Shown piece by piece: positions 20,024 through 28,831 of a stretch of 34,250 nt of DNA (the stretch's first letter is position 1; the number at the start of each line of letters is the position of its first letter). Below the pieces are notes generated by a model that saw nothing but the letters and a program-made list of their open reading frames with translations, was not told the origin of the DNA and did not search any database. Position numbers and translations under genes: made by a program. The DNA is from a bacterium (GTDB lineage Bacteria > Eisenbacteria > RBG-16-71-46). The stretch lies in contig JAYWEM010000155.1 of NCBI GenBank assembly GCA_043779265.1, forward strand, positions 1 through 34,250. Reading direction: 5' to 3'.

Positions 20024-20418
20024 GCGGCAGCATCCAGGGTCTGATGGTCATGCACGCCGATCTCGCCGGCGCACTGTTGCGTGCCGCCGAGAAGGTGTAC
20101 GGCCCGATCGAGGGCGTGCAGGTGCTCTCGAACAGCGATCTGTCGCGCGAGCAGCTGGAAGCCGAGATCGAGCAGGAGGTGAAGGGCTGGACGGCGGGCG
20201 GCGTGTTGTTCACCGACTTCTGGGGCGGCTCGTGTCACATGTGCGGTGCCAGCGCCGCGAGGCGGCACGGCGAGGTGGCGATCATGACCGGCGTCAATCT
20301 GCCGATGCTGCTCGACTACCTGCACAATCGCGACCGCCTGCCGCTCGGCGAACTGGTCGAGCGCCTGCAGCAGAAGGGCCGCGACAGCATCCGGATCCAG
20401 CGCGGCCAGACGGCATGA
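20020..20418 (+). CDS. PTS mannose/fructose family EIIA
   Basis: Phospho-His in VMHADLA, FTDFWGGS, TGVNLPMLL. Confidence 0.85.
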   Translation: MSGSIQGLMVMHADLAGALLRAAEKVYGPIEGVQVLSNSDLSREQLEAEIEQEVKGWTAGGVLFTDFWGGSCHMCGASAARRHGEVAIMTGVNLPMLLDYLHNRDRLPLGELVERLQQKGRDSIRIQRGQTA

Positions 20419-20900
20419 GCTGGCTGCTCCACCGGATCGACGATCGGCTCATCCATGGCCAGGTGCTGGTCGCCTGGGGGCAGCGCATGGACCCCGCGCG
20501 CATGTGGGTGGTCGATGATGCCGTCGCCGCGAGCGAGTGGGAGCGCCAGTTGTTCATGGAGTCGGCGCCCGGGTTCGAGGTGCGCGTGCTGAGCGTCGCC
20601 GAGGCCGCCGCAGCTTGGAGCGAAGAGGCCTCGGCCAAGGGCGGCGCGTTCCTGCTGGTGCGGGACCTCGCCACCGCCTCGCGGCTCGTGGCGGACGGGG
20701 CGCGGCCCGAGGCGTTCAATCTGGGCGGGCTGCACTACGCGCCCGGCAAGCTCAAGGTGAACGAGTACGTCTACTTGGACGATGCCGATCGCGCCGCGGC
20801 GCGCGAGTTGTTAGCGGCCGGCGTTGCGCTGGAAGTGCAGGACGTGCCGGCCTCGCGGGCGCAGGCGCTCACGGAACTCGATCCCCGGATGCGGGCATGA
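20415..20900 (+). CDS. PTS mannose/sorbose family EIIB
   Basis: RIDDRLIHGQV..AW, NLGGLH, VQDVP; ATGA overlap. Confidence 0.9.
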   Translation: MSWLLHRIDDRLIHGQVLVAWGQRMDPARMWVVDDAVAASEWERQLFMESAPGFEVRVLSVAEAAAAWSEEASAKGGAFLLVRDLATASRLVADGARPEAFNLGGLHYAPGKLKVNEYVYLDDADRAAARELLAAGVALEVQDVPASRAQALTELDPRMRA

Positions 20901-21607
20901 AGCCCGAGTTGGTGGGCACGGTGATGCTGGGCGGATTCGCGGCGCTCGATGCGACGCCCGTCGCGCAGACGCTGCTGTCGCAGCCGCTCGTCACCGCGAC
21001 CGCGCTCGGCCTGCTGTGGGGCGATCTGCCGACCGCGCTCGGCGTCGGTGTCGTGCTGCAGATCCTCGCAGCGAGCACGTCGCCTCTGGGCTCTCGAACC
21101 CCCGAGGACTACGCGACCGGCGGCGTCGTCGGCACTGGCGTTGCGCTGGCGCTCGGGGCGAACGCGCCCTACGAGTACTGGCGGCAGAGCGCCATGCTGA
21201 TCGGCGCGTTCGCCGGCATGCTGACGGCGGTCGGCGGTGTGCCGCTGATCAAGTGGCAGCGCCGCCGCAACGAAGGACTGAGCCGCTGGTGCGAACAGGC
21301 GCTTCGCAGCGGCGACGAGGCCGCCCTGTCGCGGGCGCATCTCGCCTCGGTCGCGCTCGCCTTCGGCGTCGGTGCGGCCTACTGCGCCGCCGCGATGGCG
21401 CTTCTGATACTTCTCACCAAGGGTCCGGTCGTCAGCGAGTCGATGCGACTGGCGCGCGGCTGGGAGTTGCTGCAGCCGCTCTGGCTCGGCTTCGGCTTCG
21501 CGCAACTCCTGCACGCGTTCGTCCAGCGCCGACTGACGCGTGCCGCCGTGTTCGGCGCCTCGCTGATCGGCGCCTGGCTCGTGTTGGTGATGGAGTGGAT
21601 GCGATGA
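20897..21607 (+). CDS. PTS mannose family EIIC
   Basis: ALD.....Q.LLSQPLV....LGLLWGD..TAL.VG..LQ.......PLG...P.D; hydrophobic; ATGA overlap. Confidence 0.8.
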   Translation: MKPELVGTVMLGGFAALDATPVAQTLLSQPLVTATALGLLWGDLPTALGVGVVLQILAASTSPLGSRTPEDYATGGVVGTGVALALGANAPYEYWRQSAMLIGAFAGMLTAVGGVPLIKWQRRRNEGLSRWCEQALRSGDEAALSRAHLASVALAFGVGAAYCAAAMALLILLTKGPVVSESMRLARGWELLQPLWLGFGFAQLLHAFVQRRLTRAAVFGASLIGAWLVLVMEWMR

Positions 21608-22365
21608 CGCACCTGCCGGGATCCACGCTGTTCGCGATGGGCATGCGCGCGCAATTGCTGCAGGCGACCTGGAACTTCGAGCGCCAGCAGGGAGTGGGCT
21701 GGGCCTACGCTCTGCAGCCTGCGCTCGAGAAGCTCTACCCCGATGCCGAGACGCGCCGCGAGCGTCTGGCCGAGCACACCGCCTACTTCAACACCCAGCC
21801 GACGCTGGCCTCGCTCGCATTGGGCGCCGTCGCGCGCCTCGAGGCCGATCGCGCCGCCGGCCACGGCCCCGATGCCGCCGGCATCGGCCGCATCAAGTCG
21901 GTGCTCGGCTCGACGCTGGCGGCGATGGGGGACCGGCTGTTCTGGTTCTCGCTGCGGCCGTTCGCCGCGGCGCTCGGCGTGCTGGTCGCCCTGGCGCGGC
22001 CCGACTCGATCGCCCCGGCGGTGATCCTGGTCGGCGTCTACGCCAGCGTGCATCAGGCCGTCCGGCTGCTCGGGGTGGGCTGGGGCTATGCCAAGGGCCC
22101 TGCGGTGCTGGGAGGGGCGCTTCGCAGCCGTCTGGAGGCCTCGGTGACGCTGCTGGCCTACGCCGGCTGCATCATCCTCGGGGTGGCCGTGGCGTGGTCG
22201 CTGGCGCCGGGAGGCGAGCCGCGCCCGGTCGCGCTACAGTCGGCGCTCGCCTGCGGGCTGGGGCTCGGGCTCCTGACCGCCCAGCGAGCGCGGCCGTCGC
22301 CCACGCAGTGGGCTCTGGCGCTCGGGGCGTTGGGACTCTATGCCGCCTGGCAGCGGCTCGGTTGA
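21604..22365 (+). CDS. PTS mannose family EIID
   Basis: LQATWNFERQQGVG, H..YFNTQP, LAAMGDRLFWFSLRP. Confidence 0.88.
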   Translation: MTHLPGSTLFAMGMRAQLLQATWNFERQQGVGWAYALQPALEKLYPDAETRRERLAEHTAYFNTQPTLASLALGAVARLEADRAAGHGPDAAGIGRIKSVLGSTLAAMGDRLFWFSLRPFAAALGVLVALARPDSIAPAVILVGVYASVHQAVRLLGVGWGYAKGPAVLGGALRSRLEASVTLLAYAGCIILGVAVAWSLAPGGEPRPVALQSALACGLGLGLLTAQRARPSPTQWALALGALGLYAAWQRLG

Positions 22366-22381
22366 GAACACGGAGGGCCGC

Positions 22382-22651
22382 TTGTCGGAGATCCAGCTCG
22401 TCATCTTGAACCAGTTGGGCCTTCATGCGCGCGCCTGCGCGCTGTTCGTCAAGGCCGCATCCAAATACAAGTCGGACATCCTCGTGGCGCGCGATGACCT
22501 CGAGGTGAATGGCAAGAGCATCATGGGCGTGATGATGCTGGCCGCCGAGGAGGGCGCCACCATCGTCGTGAAGGCGGACGGCCCCGACGAGCAGGACGCG
22601 CTCGTCGCGATCCGCGAGCTGGTCGAGGGCAAGTTCGGGGGCGAGCCTTGA
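22382..22651 (+). CDS. ptsH: phosphocarrier protein HPr
   Basis: NQLGLHARA (His15), VNGKSIMGVMML (Ser46); GGAGG SD before TTG 22382. Confidence 0.93.
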   Translation: MSEIQLVILNQLGLHARACALFVKAASKYKSDILVARDDLEVNGKSIMGVMMLAAEEGATIVVKADGPDEQDALVAIRELVEGKFGGEP

Positions 22652-24402
22652 TCCTGCAGGGGATCGGAGCGTCGCCCGGTCTCGCCCTCGGGGCCGTGCA
22701 TCGGCTCGAACCCGAGGTGCTGACGGTCCATGAGCGCGAGATCGCGCCAGCGGCCGTCGATGCGGAGATGGCGGGCTTCCAGCGCGCGATCGAGGAGTCG
22801 CGCCGCGAGCTGGCCGGTATCCGAGACGGCATCGGCGCCGAACTCGGCCCCGACGAGGCCGCGATCTACGACGCGCATCTGATGATCCTCGATGATCCCG
22901 AACTGAAGAAGTCGGTCGAGCACGGCGTGCGCGTGCAGCTCCGTAACGTCGCCTGGGTGTTCCGCAGCGCCATGGCCGCCTTTGCGGCCGCGTTCGAGAA
23001 GCTCGAGGACGAGTACCTGCGTGAGCGCCGGGCCGACATCCTCGATGTCGAGCGCCGCGTGCTGCGCCATCTGCTCGGCACCGACTCGCGCCTCATCGAT
23101 CAGGTGACCGCGCCCGTGATCGTCGTGGCGCACGACCTCGGCCCGAGCGAAGTGGCGAGCCTGCCGCGCGACAAGGTGCTGGCGTTCGTGACCGAGGTCG
23201 GCGGGCGCACGTCGCACGGCGCCATCGTGGCGCGCGGCCGCGGCATCCCGTCGATCGTGAGCGTGCGAGGCGCGCTGCACGCCGTGCGCAACGGCATGGA
23301 CGTGGCCGTCGATGGCTTCGCCGGCACGCTCGAGTTGGAGCCCGATCAGGAGCGCCAGGCGGTCTACGCCGCGCGCTTCGAGAAGCAGACACTGCGTCGC
23401 GCCGCCGCGCGCGCCATGCAGGGCGAGCCGTCGGTCACTCTCGATGGCAAGGCCATCGAGCTGGGCGTCAACATGGAGCAGCCCGAGGATGTGACCGAGG
23501 CGCTGGCCGCCGGGGCCGAGAGCATCGGGCTGTTCCGCACCGAGTTCTTCTATCTCAACCGCATCGACCTGCCGGGCGAGGATGAGCAGTACCGCGCCTA
23601 CGCGCGCGTCTGCGAGTCGATGCAGGGTCGCCCCGTGCTGTTCCGCACCATGGACCTGGGCGGCGACAAGGTGGCGAGCTATCTGGGTGTGACGCACGAG
23701 ACCAACCCGTTCCTCGGGTTGCGCGGCATCCGCTTGGCGCTCGCGAGCCCCGACATGTTCCGCACCCAGCTGCTGGCGCTGCACCGCGCCAGCGCGCATG
23801 GCCGCGTGCGGCTCATGTTCCCGATGGTCTCGAGTGTCGATGAGCTGGATCGCGCGCTGGCGCTGCGCGACGAGGCGGTGGCCGACCTCAAACGCAAAGG
23901 GCTGGCGCAGGCCGATTCGGTTGAGACCGGCATCATGATCGAGACCCCGAGTGCGGTGTGGATGGCCGATGCGCTGGCCAAGAAGTCGGCGTTCTTCTCG
24001 GTCGGAACCAACGACCTGACGCAGTACACGCTCGCCATGGACCGCGACAACGAGCGGCTCTCGGGCCTCTACGAGCCGCTCGACCCGGCCATCCTGCGCA
24101 GCATCGCGCACACCATCCGCGCCGCGAAGGCGTCCGGTCGCTGGGTCGGCGTGTGCGGCGAGATGGCGGGCGACCCGCACACCGCCGTGCTGCTGGTCGG
24201 ACTGGGCGTTGATGAGCTGAGCATGTCGGCGTTCGATCTGCCGCGCGTGAAGGCGGCGATCCGCTCGGTCCGCTACGACGCCGCGAAGGCGCTCGCCGAC
24301 GAGGCGCTGACCTTCTCCTCGTCGGTCCTTGTGCGCGCATTGGTGCGAGACCGCATCGACACTCTGCTCCCCAGCTACCTGGCCTACGAACGCCTGACCT
24401 GA
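22648..24402 (+). CDS. ptsI: PTS enzyme I (PEP-protein phosphotransferase)
   Basis: GIGASPG, GGRTSH, GLFRTEF, RTMDLGGDK, ETNPFLGLRGIR, GTNDLTQY, VCGEMAG; no N-terminal GAF domain. Confidence 0.95.
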   Translation: MILQGIGASPGLALGAVHRLEPEVLTVHEREIAPAAVDAEMAGFQRAIEESRRELAGIRDGIGAELGPDEAAIYDAHLMILDDPELKKSVEHGVRVQLRNVAWVFRSAMAAFAAAFEKLEDEYLRERRADILDVERRVLRHLLGTDSRLIDQVTAPVIVVAHDLGPSEVASLPRDKVLAFVTEVGGRTSHGAIVARGRGIPSIVSVRGALHAVRNGMDVAVDGFAGTLELEPDQERQAVYAARFEKQTLRRAAARAMQGEPSVTLDGKAIELGVNMEQPEDVTEALAAGAESIGLFRTEFFYLNRIDLPGEDEQYRAYARVCESMQGRPVLFRTMDLGGDKVASYLGVTHETNPFLGLRGIRLALASPDMFRTQLLALHRASAHGRVRLMFPMVSSVDELDRALALRDEAVADLKRKGLAQADSVETGIMIETPSAVWMADALAKKSAFFSVGTNDLTQYTLAMDRDNERLSGLYEPLDPAILRSIAHTIRAAKASGRWVGVCGEMAGDPHTAVLLVGLGVDELSMSAFDLPRVKAAIRSVRYDAAKALADEALTFSSSVLVRALVRDRIDTLLPSYLAYERLT

Positions 24403-24424
24403 CCCCTGTGGAGATTCCCCCGAG

Positions 24425-25501
24425 ATGGCGAGCCCGCAAGTGAGTCTCGAGCCCCCGTATGGCGAGCGCGATCCGCGCGGCATGTCCGCCCTGATCGAGG
24501 CGCTGCCCGACCACATCGACCAGGCGCTCGAGTTGGCCGTGAGGTCACCATGGACGCCGCCGAATCGTGAACCCGACCTGCTCGCCTACGGCGGCATGGG
24601 CGGTTCGGGCATCGCTGGAGAACTGACCGCCGCGATGATCGCCGATGAGGCGCCGCGGCCGTTCCTCGTGGTGCGCGACTACGCGTGGCCCGCCTGCGTC
24701 ACGACGCGCTCGCTGGCCGTGCTCTCGAGCAACAGCGGTGACACCGAGGAGACGATGGCACTGGCGCGCCAGGCCGAGCATCGGCGCGTGCCCGCGATGG
24801 CGCTGTGCTCAGGCGGTGCGCTGGCCGAGCACGCCCGGCGGCTCTCGCTGCCGCTGCACGGCATGCCCTCGGGGATGCCGCCTCGCGCCGCGCTCTTCCA
24901 TGGGTGGGTACCGGTGACGCTGGTGCCGCACGTGCTCGGCTGGTGCTCGGACCCGGTGCCCGCGTGGCGCGAGGCCAGTTCGCTCCTGCGCGATCGTCTG
25001 GCCCGGCTGGCCCTGGCCGTGCCGACGGCCTCGAACCCCGCCAAACAGCTGGCCCATGCGCTCGACGGCAAGCGTCTCCACGTGTACACGGGCCCCGGCA
25101 TGATGGCCGCGATGGGCGTGCGATGGAGACAACAGCTCAACGAGAATGCTAAAGTCCTCGCCCATTCAGCGGCGGTGCCCGAGCTGGACCACAACGAGAT
25201 CGTGGGCTGGCAGGGGGCCGAACCGGGCCGAGGCGAGCTGGCGATCGTGGTGTTGCGCGATCGCGAGGACAGCGCCGAGACCCGGCTCCGGCTCGACGTC
25301 ACGTTGGAATACGCGACGCGGCAGGGCGCCACGGTTCACACGGTCGAGAGTGAGGGGGAGAGTCGCATCGCGCGGCTGGCCTCGCTCGCGCAGACCGCCG
25401 ACTTCGTCAGCCTCCATCTTGCGCTGCTCGGCCAGGTGGATCCCACCGATATCACCAGCATCGAGCTGCTCAAGCGCCGGCTCGCCGAGAGCCGCGCTTG
25501 A
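24425..25501 (+). CDS. bifunctional phosphoglucose/phosphomannose isomerase (PGI/PMI)
   Basis: [55 protein letters not shown]. Confidence 0.9.
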   Translation: MASPQVSLEPPYGERDPRGMSALIEALPDHIDQALELAVRSPWTPPNREPDLLAYGGMGGSGIAGELTAAMIADEAPRPFLVVRDYAWPACVTTRSLAVLSSNSGDTEETMALARQAEHRRVPAMALCSGGALAEHARRLSLPLHGMPSGMPPRAALFHGWVPVTLVPHVLGWCSDPVPAWREASSLLRDRLARLALAVPTASNPAKQLAHALDGKRLHVYTGPGMMAAMGVRWRQQLNENAKVLAHSAAVPELDHNEIVGWQGAEPGRGELAIVVLRDREDSAETRLRLDVTLEYATRQGATVHTVESEGESRIARLASLAQTADFVSLHLALLGQVDPTDITSIELLKRRLAESRA

Positions 25502-25559
25502 TGAACCCGCGACCTGGGTCGGTTGTGCCGACCCTGGTCGCTCCATGAGGAGTCACACG

Positions 25560-26699
25560 ATGGCTGCGCGCCACCTGTTCACGTCCGAATCGGTCACCGA
25601 AGGCCACCCCGACAAGATCGCGGATCAGATCTCCGACGCCGTCCTCGACGCCATGCTGGCGCAGGACAAGATGAGCCGCGTGGCCTGTGAGACCATGGTG
25701 ACGACCGGACTCGCCGTGGTGGCGGGTGAGATCACGACCAAGGCGTACGTCGAGATCCCCAAGCTCGTGCGCGCCGTGATCCATGACATCGGCTACAACG
25801 ACGCCTCGTACGGGTTCGACTCGCACACGTGCGCCGTGGTGACCACGATCGACCAGCAGTCGCCCGACATCGCGATGGGCGTCAACACCGGTGGCGCCGG
25901 CGACCAGGGCCTGATGTTCGGCTTCGCCTGCAACGAGACGCCCGAGCTGATGCCGCTGCCGATCATGCTGGCGCACAAGCTGGCCATGAAGCTGTCGCAG
26001 GTGCGCAAGAAGGGCGTGGTCGACTACCTGCGCCCGGACGGCAAGACGCAGGTGACGGTGGAGTACGAGGGCACGGTCCCGGTGCGCATCGACACCGTGG
26101 TGCTCTCGACGCAGCACTCCGAGAACGTCACCCAGGCCAAGATCCGTAAGGACATGCTGGAGAAGGTGATCATGCCGCTGCTGCCCAAGCGGCTGCTCAA
26201 GGGCAAGGCCCCCAAGTTCCACGTCAACCCGACCGGAAACTTCGTCGTGGGCGGCCCGATGGGCGACTGCGGGCTGACCGGGCGCAAGATCATCGTCGAC
26301 ACCTACGGCGGCATGGGCCGTCACGGCGGCGGCGCGTTCTCCGGCAAGGACCCGAGCAAGGTGGACCGCTCGGCCTGCTACGCTGCGCGCTACGTGGCCA
26401 AGAACCTGGTGGCCTCGGGACTGTGCGATCGCGTCGAACTTCAGGTGGCCTACGCGATCGGCGTCGCGCAGCCGGTGAGCATCACCGTCGACACGTTCGG
26501 CACCGGCAAGGTGAGCGATGACAAGATGACGAGCCTGGTGCGCAAGCACTTCGACCTGACGCCCAAGGGCATCATCGACCACCTCAAGCTGCGTCGGCCC
26601 ATCTACCGCAAGACCGCGGCCTACGGCCACTTCGGCCGCCCCGACTTCGCGTGGGAGAAGACCGACAAGGCGAAGTTGCTGGCGGGCAGCGTTCGCTGA
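25560..26699 (+). CDS. metK: S-adenosylmethionine synthetase
   Basis: [59 protein letters not shown]. Confidence 0.98.
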   Translation: MAARHLFTSESVTEGHPDKIADQISDAVLDAMLAQDKMSRVACETMVTTGLAVVAGEITTKAYVEIPKLVRAVIHDIGYNDASYGFDSHTCAVVTTIDQQSPDIAMGVNTGGAGDQGLMFGFACNETPELMPLPIMLAHKLAMKLSQVRKKGVVDYLRPDGKTQVTVEYEGTVPVRIDTVVLSTQHSENVTQAKIRKDMLEKVIMPLLPKRLLKGKAPKFHVNPTGNFVVGGPMGDCGLTGRKIIVDTYGGMGRHGGGAFSGKDPSKVDRSACYAARYVAKNLVASGLCDRVELQVAYAIGVAQPVSITVDTFGTGKVSDDKMTSLVRKHFDLTPKGIIDHLKLRRPIYRKTAAYGHFGRPDFAWEKTDKAKLLAGSVR

Positions 26700-26729
26700 T
26701 CCAAGGGCGCGCCGACTGGACGTGACGAG

Positions 26730-26761
26730 AGGCCCCGGTCCGTGTGGACCGGGGCCTTCTT
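26730..26761 (+). terminator. intrinsic terminator after metK
   Basis: AGGCCCCGGTCC-GTGT-GGACCGGGGCCT perfect 12-bp stem followed by TCTT. Confidence 0.8.
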
Positions 26762-26837
26762 GCGTGGGGGGGCATTTCGGAGCGTGGGGATGCAGGGCTC
26801 CCGAGGGTGCTCAGGCGTCGAACGAACCAGCTAGGTG

Positions 26838-26877
26838 AAAATAAAACCTTGAAACAGAAATACCATCCGTCCAAGAT
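26838..26877 (+). promoter_or_regulatory. putative promoter with AT-rich UP element for the propeller/teneurin-like unit
   Basis: AAAATAAAA tract, TTGAAA (26849-54), 17-bp spacer, CAAGAT (26872-77); conspicuously AT-rich patch; GGAGG SD at 26929-33. Confidence 0.45.
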
Positions 26878-26943
26878 GCCGCGCATCGCTCAAGGCTCAT
26901 GAGCGCCATTGTGTAGCGGATATCCTGGGGAGGTTTCCGGCGG

Positions 26944-28831
26944 ATGCGATCGATGCCATGGCTCCACGCGGCGATTCTCTCGGCTGCCGTGACGCCGAGC
27001 TTCGGGTCGGTCAAGACTTCTGCCGTGCGTTCGACTTCGATCCCTGTGTCCCCTGCTTGCATCGATTGCATCGACGTTCGCACAGGTGCGTCATTCCAGA
27101 CCGCGGTCCTGACCGTGGGCGAGTCTGGCGCGATCGACTCGACCAGTTCTTCCGCCTCGAGACTCTGCGTGGGGGCGCTTGCCGCGGTGCACTCGGTCGT
27201 GTGCTCGGACGGTGCTGGCGGAGCGCTGGTCGCGTGGGTCGAGCCCGCGGGTGAGGACAACGACCTACGCCTGCAGCGCGTCGACGCGCAGGGATCGATC
27301 GTTGAAGGCTGGCCGCAGGGAGGCCGCATCGTCTGCGACTCGCGCGGCTCGCAGAGTCAGCCGGCACTGACACGCGATGGCTCGGGCGGCATCTGGCTCG
27401 CGTGGAGCGACCATCGCGGCTCTCCCCGCGCGAGCGTACGCGTCATGCGCCTGGAGTCGGACGGGACGCCTTCGGGCAACTGGCCGGGGGGTGGTCGAGC
27501 GGCCACCGCATCGACCGCGGGGCAAGCTGTGCCACGGCTGGCGCCGAGCGCCGATGGGCGCCTGTGGCTACTTTGGCAAGAGGGACGTGCGGGGGTCCCG
27601 TGACCTGCGCGCGCTGGTATTCGAGCCGAGTGGGTCGCTCGCTGCGAACTGGCCCGATTCGGGCCGGGTGGTGGTGGGGGGTGCCGCTGACCAGTTCCGA
27701 CCACGGATCGCGGCCGATGCGACTGGCGGGATGTACGTGGCCTGGAGTGAGGCGGGAGTAGGAGGTGAGAGCGTGCATCTCACCAGAGTCGGCACCTCGG
27801 GCGCGCGCGCCGACGGTTGGGACGAGGTCTCCTTGAGCGGCGCGCGCCACGAGGCGCGAGTGAGTTCCATCCTCGCCGATTCGAACGGGGTGCATGTGGC
27901 CTGGTCGAGTGGGCAGGAGGACTCGGTCGTCGCGCGCGTCGCGCGTCGCATGGCCAGTGGTGGACTCGCGAGCGGTTGGCCGGAGTCGGGCGCGATCCTG
28001 GGAGGCTCGACCGGCGACGATCCCGTGCTGCTCGCCGACGGGAGCGATGGTGTCTATGCGGCCTGGACCCGAGCGGGCGAGCGTGGCGACGGAGTGGTGG
28101 CGCTGACTCGGCTGGATGAATCCGGCGTGGTGGTCGAGGGATGGCCGAGCGTGGGACTCGAGATGCCGGATGCGCCGGGGGACGAGCATGCGCCGAAGCT
28201 GGTCGCGGCCGACGCGGGAGTCCTCGTCTCGTGGTCGAGAGGCGAGGGCACGGCAGGCGGCACCATCCTGCGATCCGGCGCCAGCCTGGGCGAGATGCTT
28301 CCCGCACTGCTATCCACTGCGAGCTGGCCGGACCTGGTGCGCCTCGAGTGGTCGCTCGCCGGAGCCGTGCCCTACGCGATCGGCGTGGAACGGCGGGTGG
28401 AGCAGGGTGAATGGGTGCGCCTGCATGAACTCGAGCCCGACGCGGAGGGCCGCATGCCCGTCGAGGATCGCGACATCGAGCCCGGCGGCCGGGTGATCTA
28501 TCGCCTGCGCCTCTCGACACCGTCGATCGAGGCGACGATGCCGGAGGTGGAGGTTCTGGTGCCCCGTGCGGCGCCGCTGGCGCTGCACCGCATCCGCATG
28601 CAGGGCGAGCGACTGCAGGCATGGTTCTCGCTCGCGAGCCGCGAGGAGGCGCGCCTCGAGGTGTTCGACGTTCAGGGTCGGCGGGTGTTCCGCCAGGCGG
28701 TTCGCGCGGAGCACGCGGGGGACTCGGAGGCATCGTGGCCGACGCCGGTGCGATTGCGCTCGGGCGTGTGGTTCGCGCGATTGACGCAGGGCCGCGAGAG
28801 CCGCGGGCTGCGTGTGGTGCTGACACGATGA
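26944..28831 (+). pseudogene. secreted repeat (beta-propeller-like) protein with C-terminal FlgD-Ig/T9SS-like domain; +1 frameshift in the G5 run at 27591-27595 (real or sequencing error)
   Basis: Seven repeats of type xDGxGGxxVAW with GWP motifs run across ORFs 26944-27603 and 27377-28831. Removing one G gives ...QEGRAGSRDLRALV..., a 628-aa protein ending LEVFDVQGRRV...SGVWFARLTQG. Confidence 0.75.

Noticed and set aside
25502..25559. Canonical SAM riboswitch before metK
   Set aside because: Only 58 nt with a single hairpin; no SAM-I, -II, -III or SAM/SAH consensus recognised.
18290..26630. Long minus-strand ORFs (18290-19960, 22423-24516, 25470-26630; likewise 4638-6218 and 10068-11276)
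   Set aside because: Typical high-GC antisense shadows of well-conserved plus-strand genes.
26700..26943. Integration (att) site or tRNA at the boundary of the accessory region
   Set aside because: No tRNA cloverleaf, integrase or direct repeat visible; only a terminator and an AT-rich promoter-like patch.
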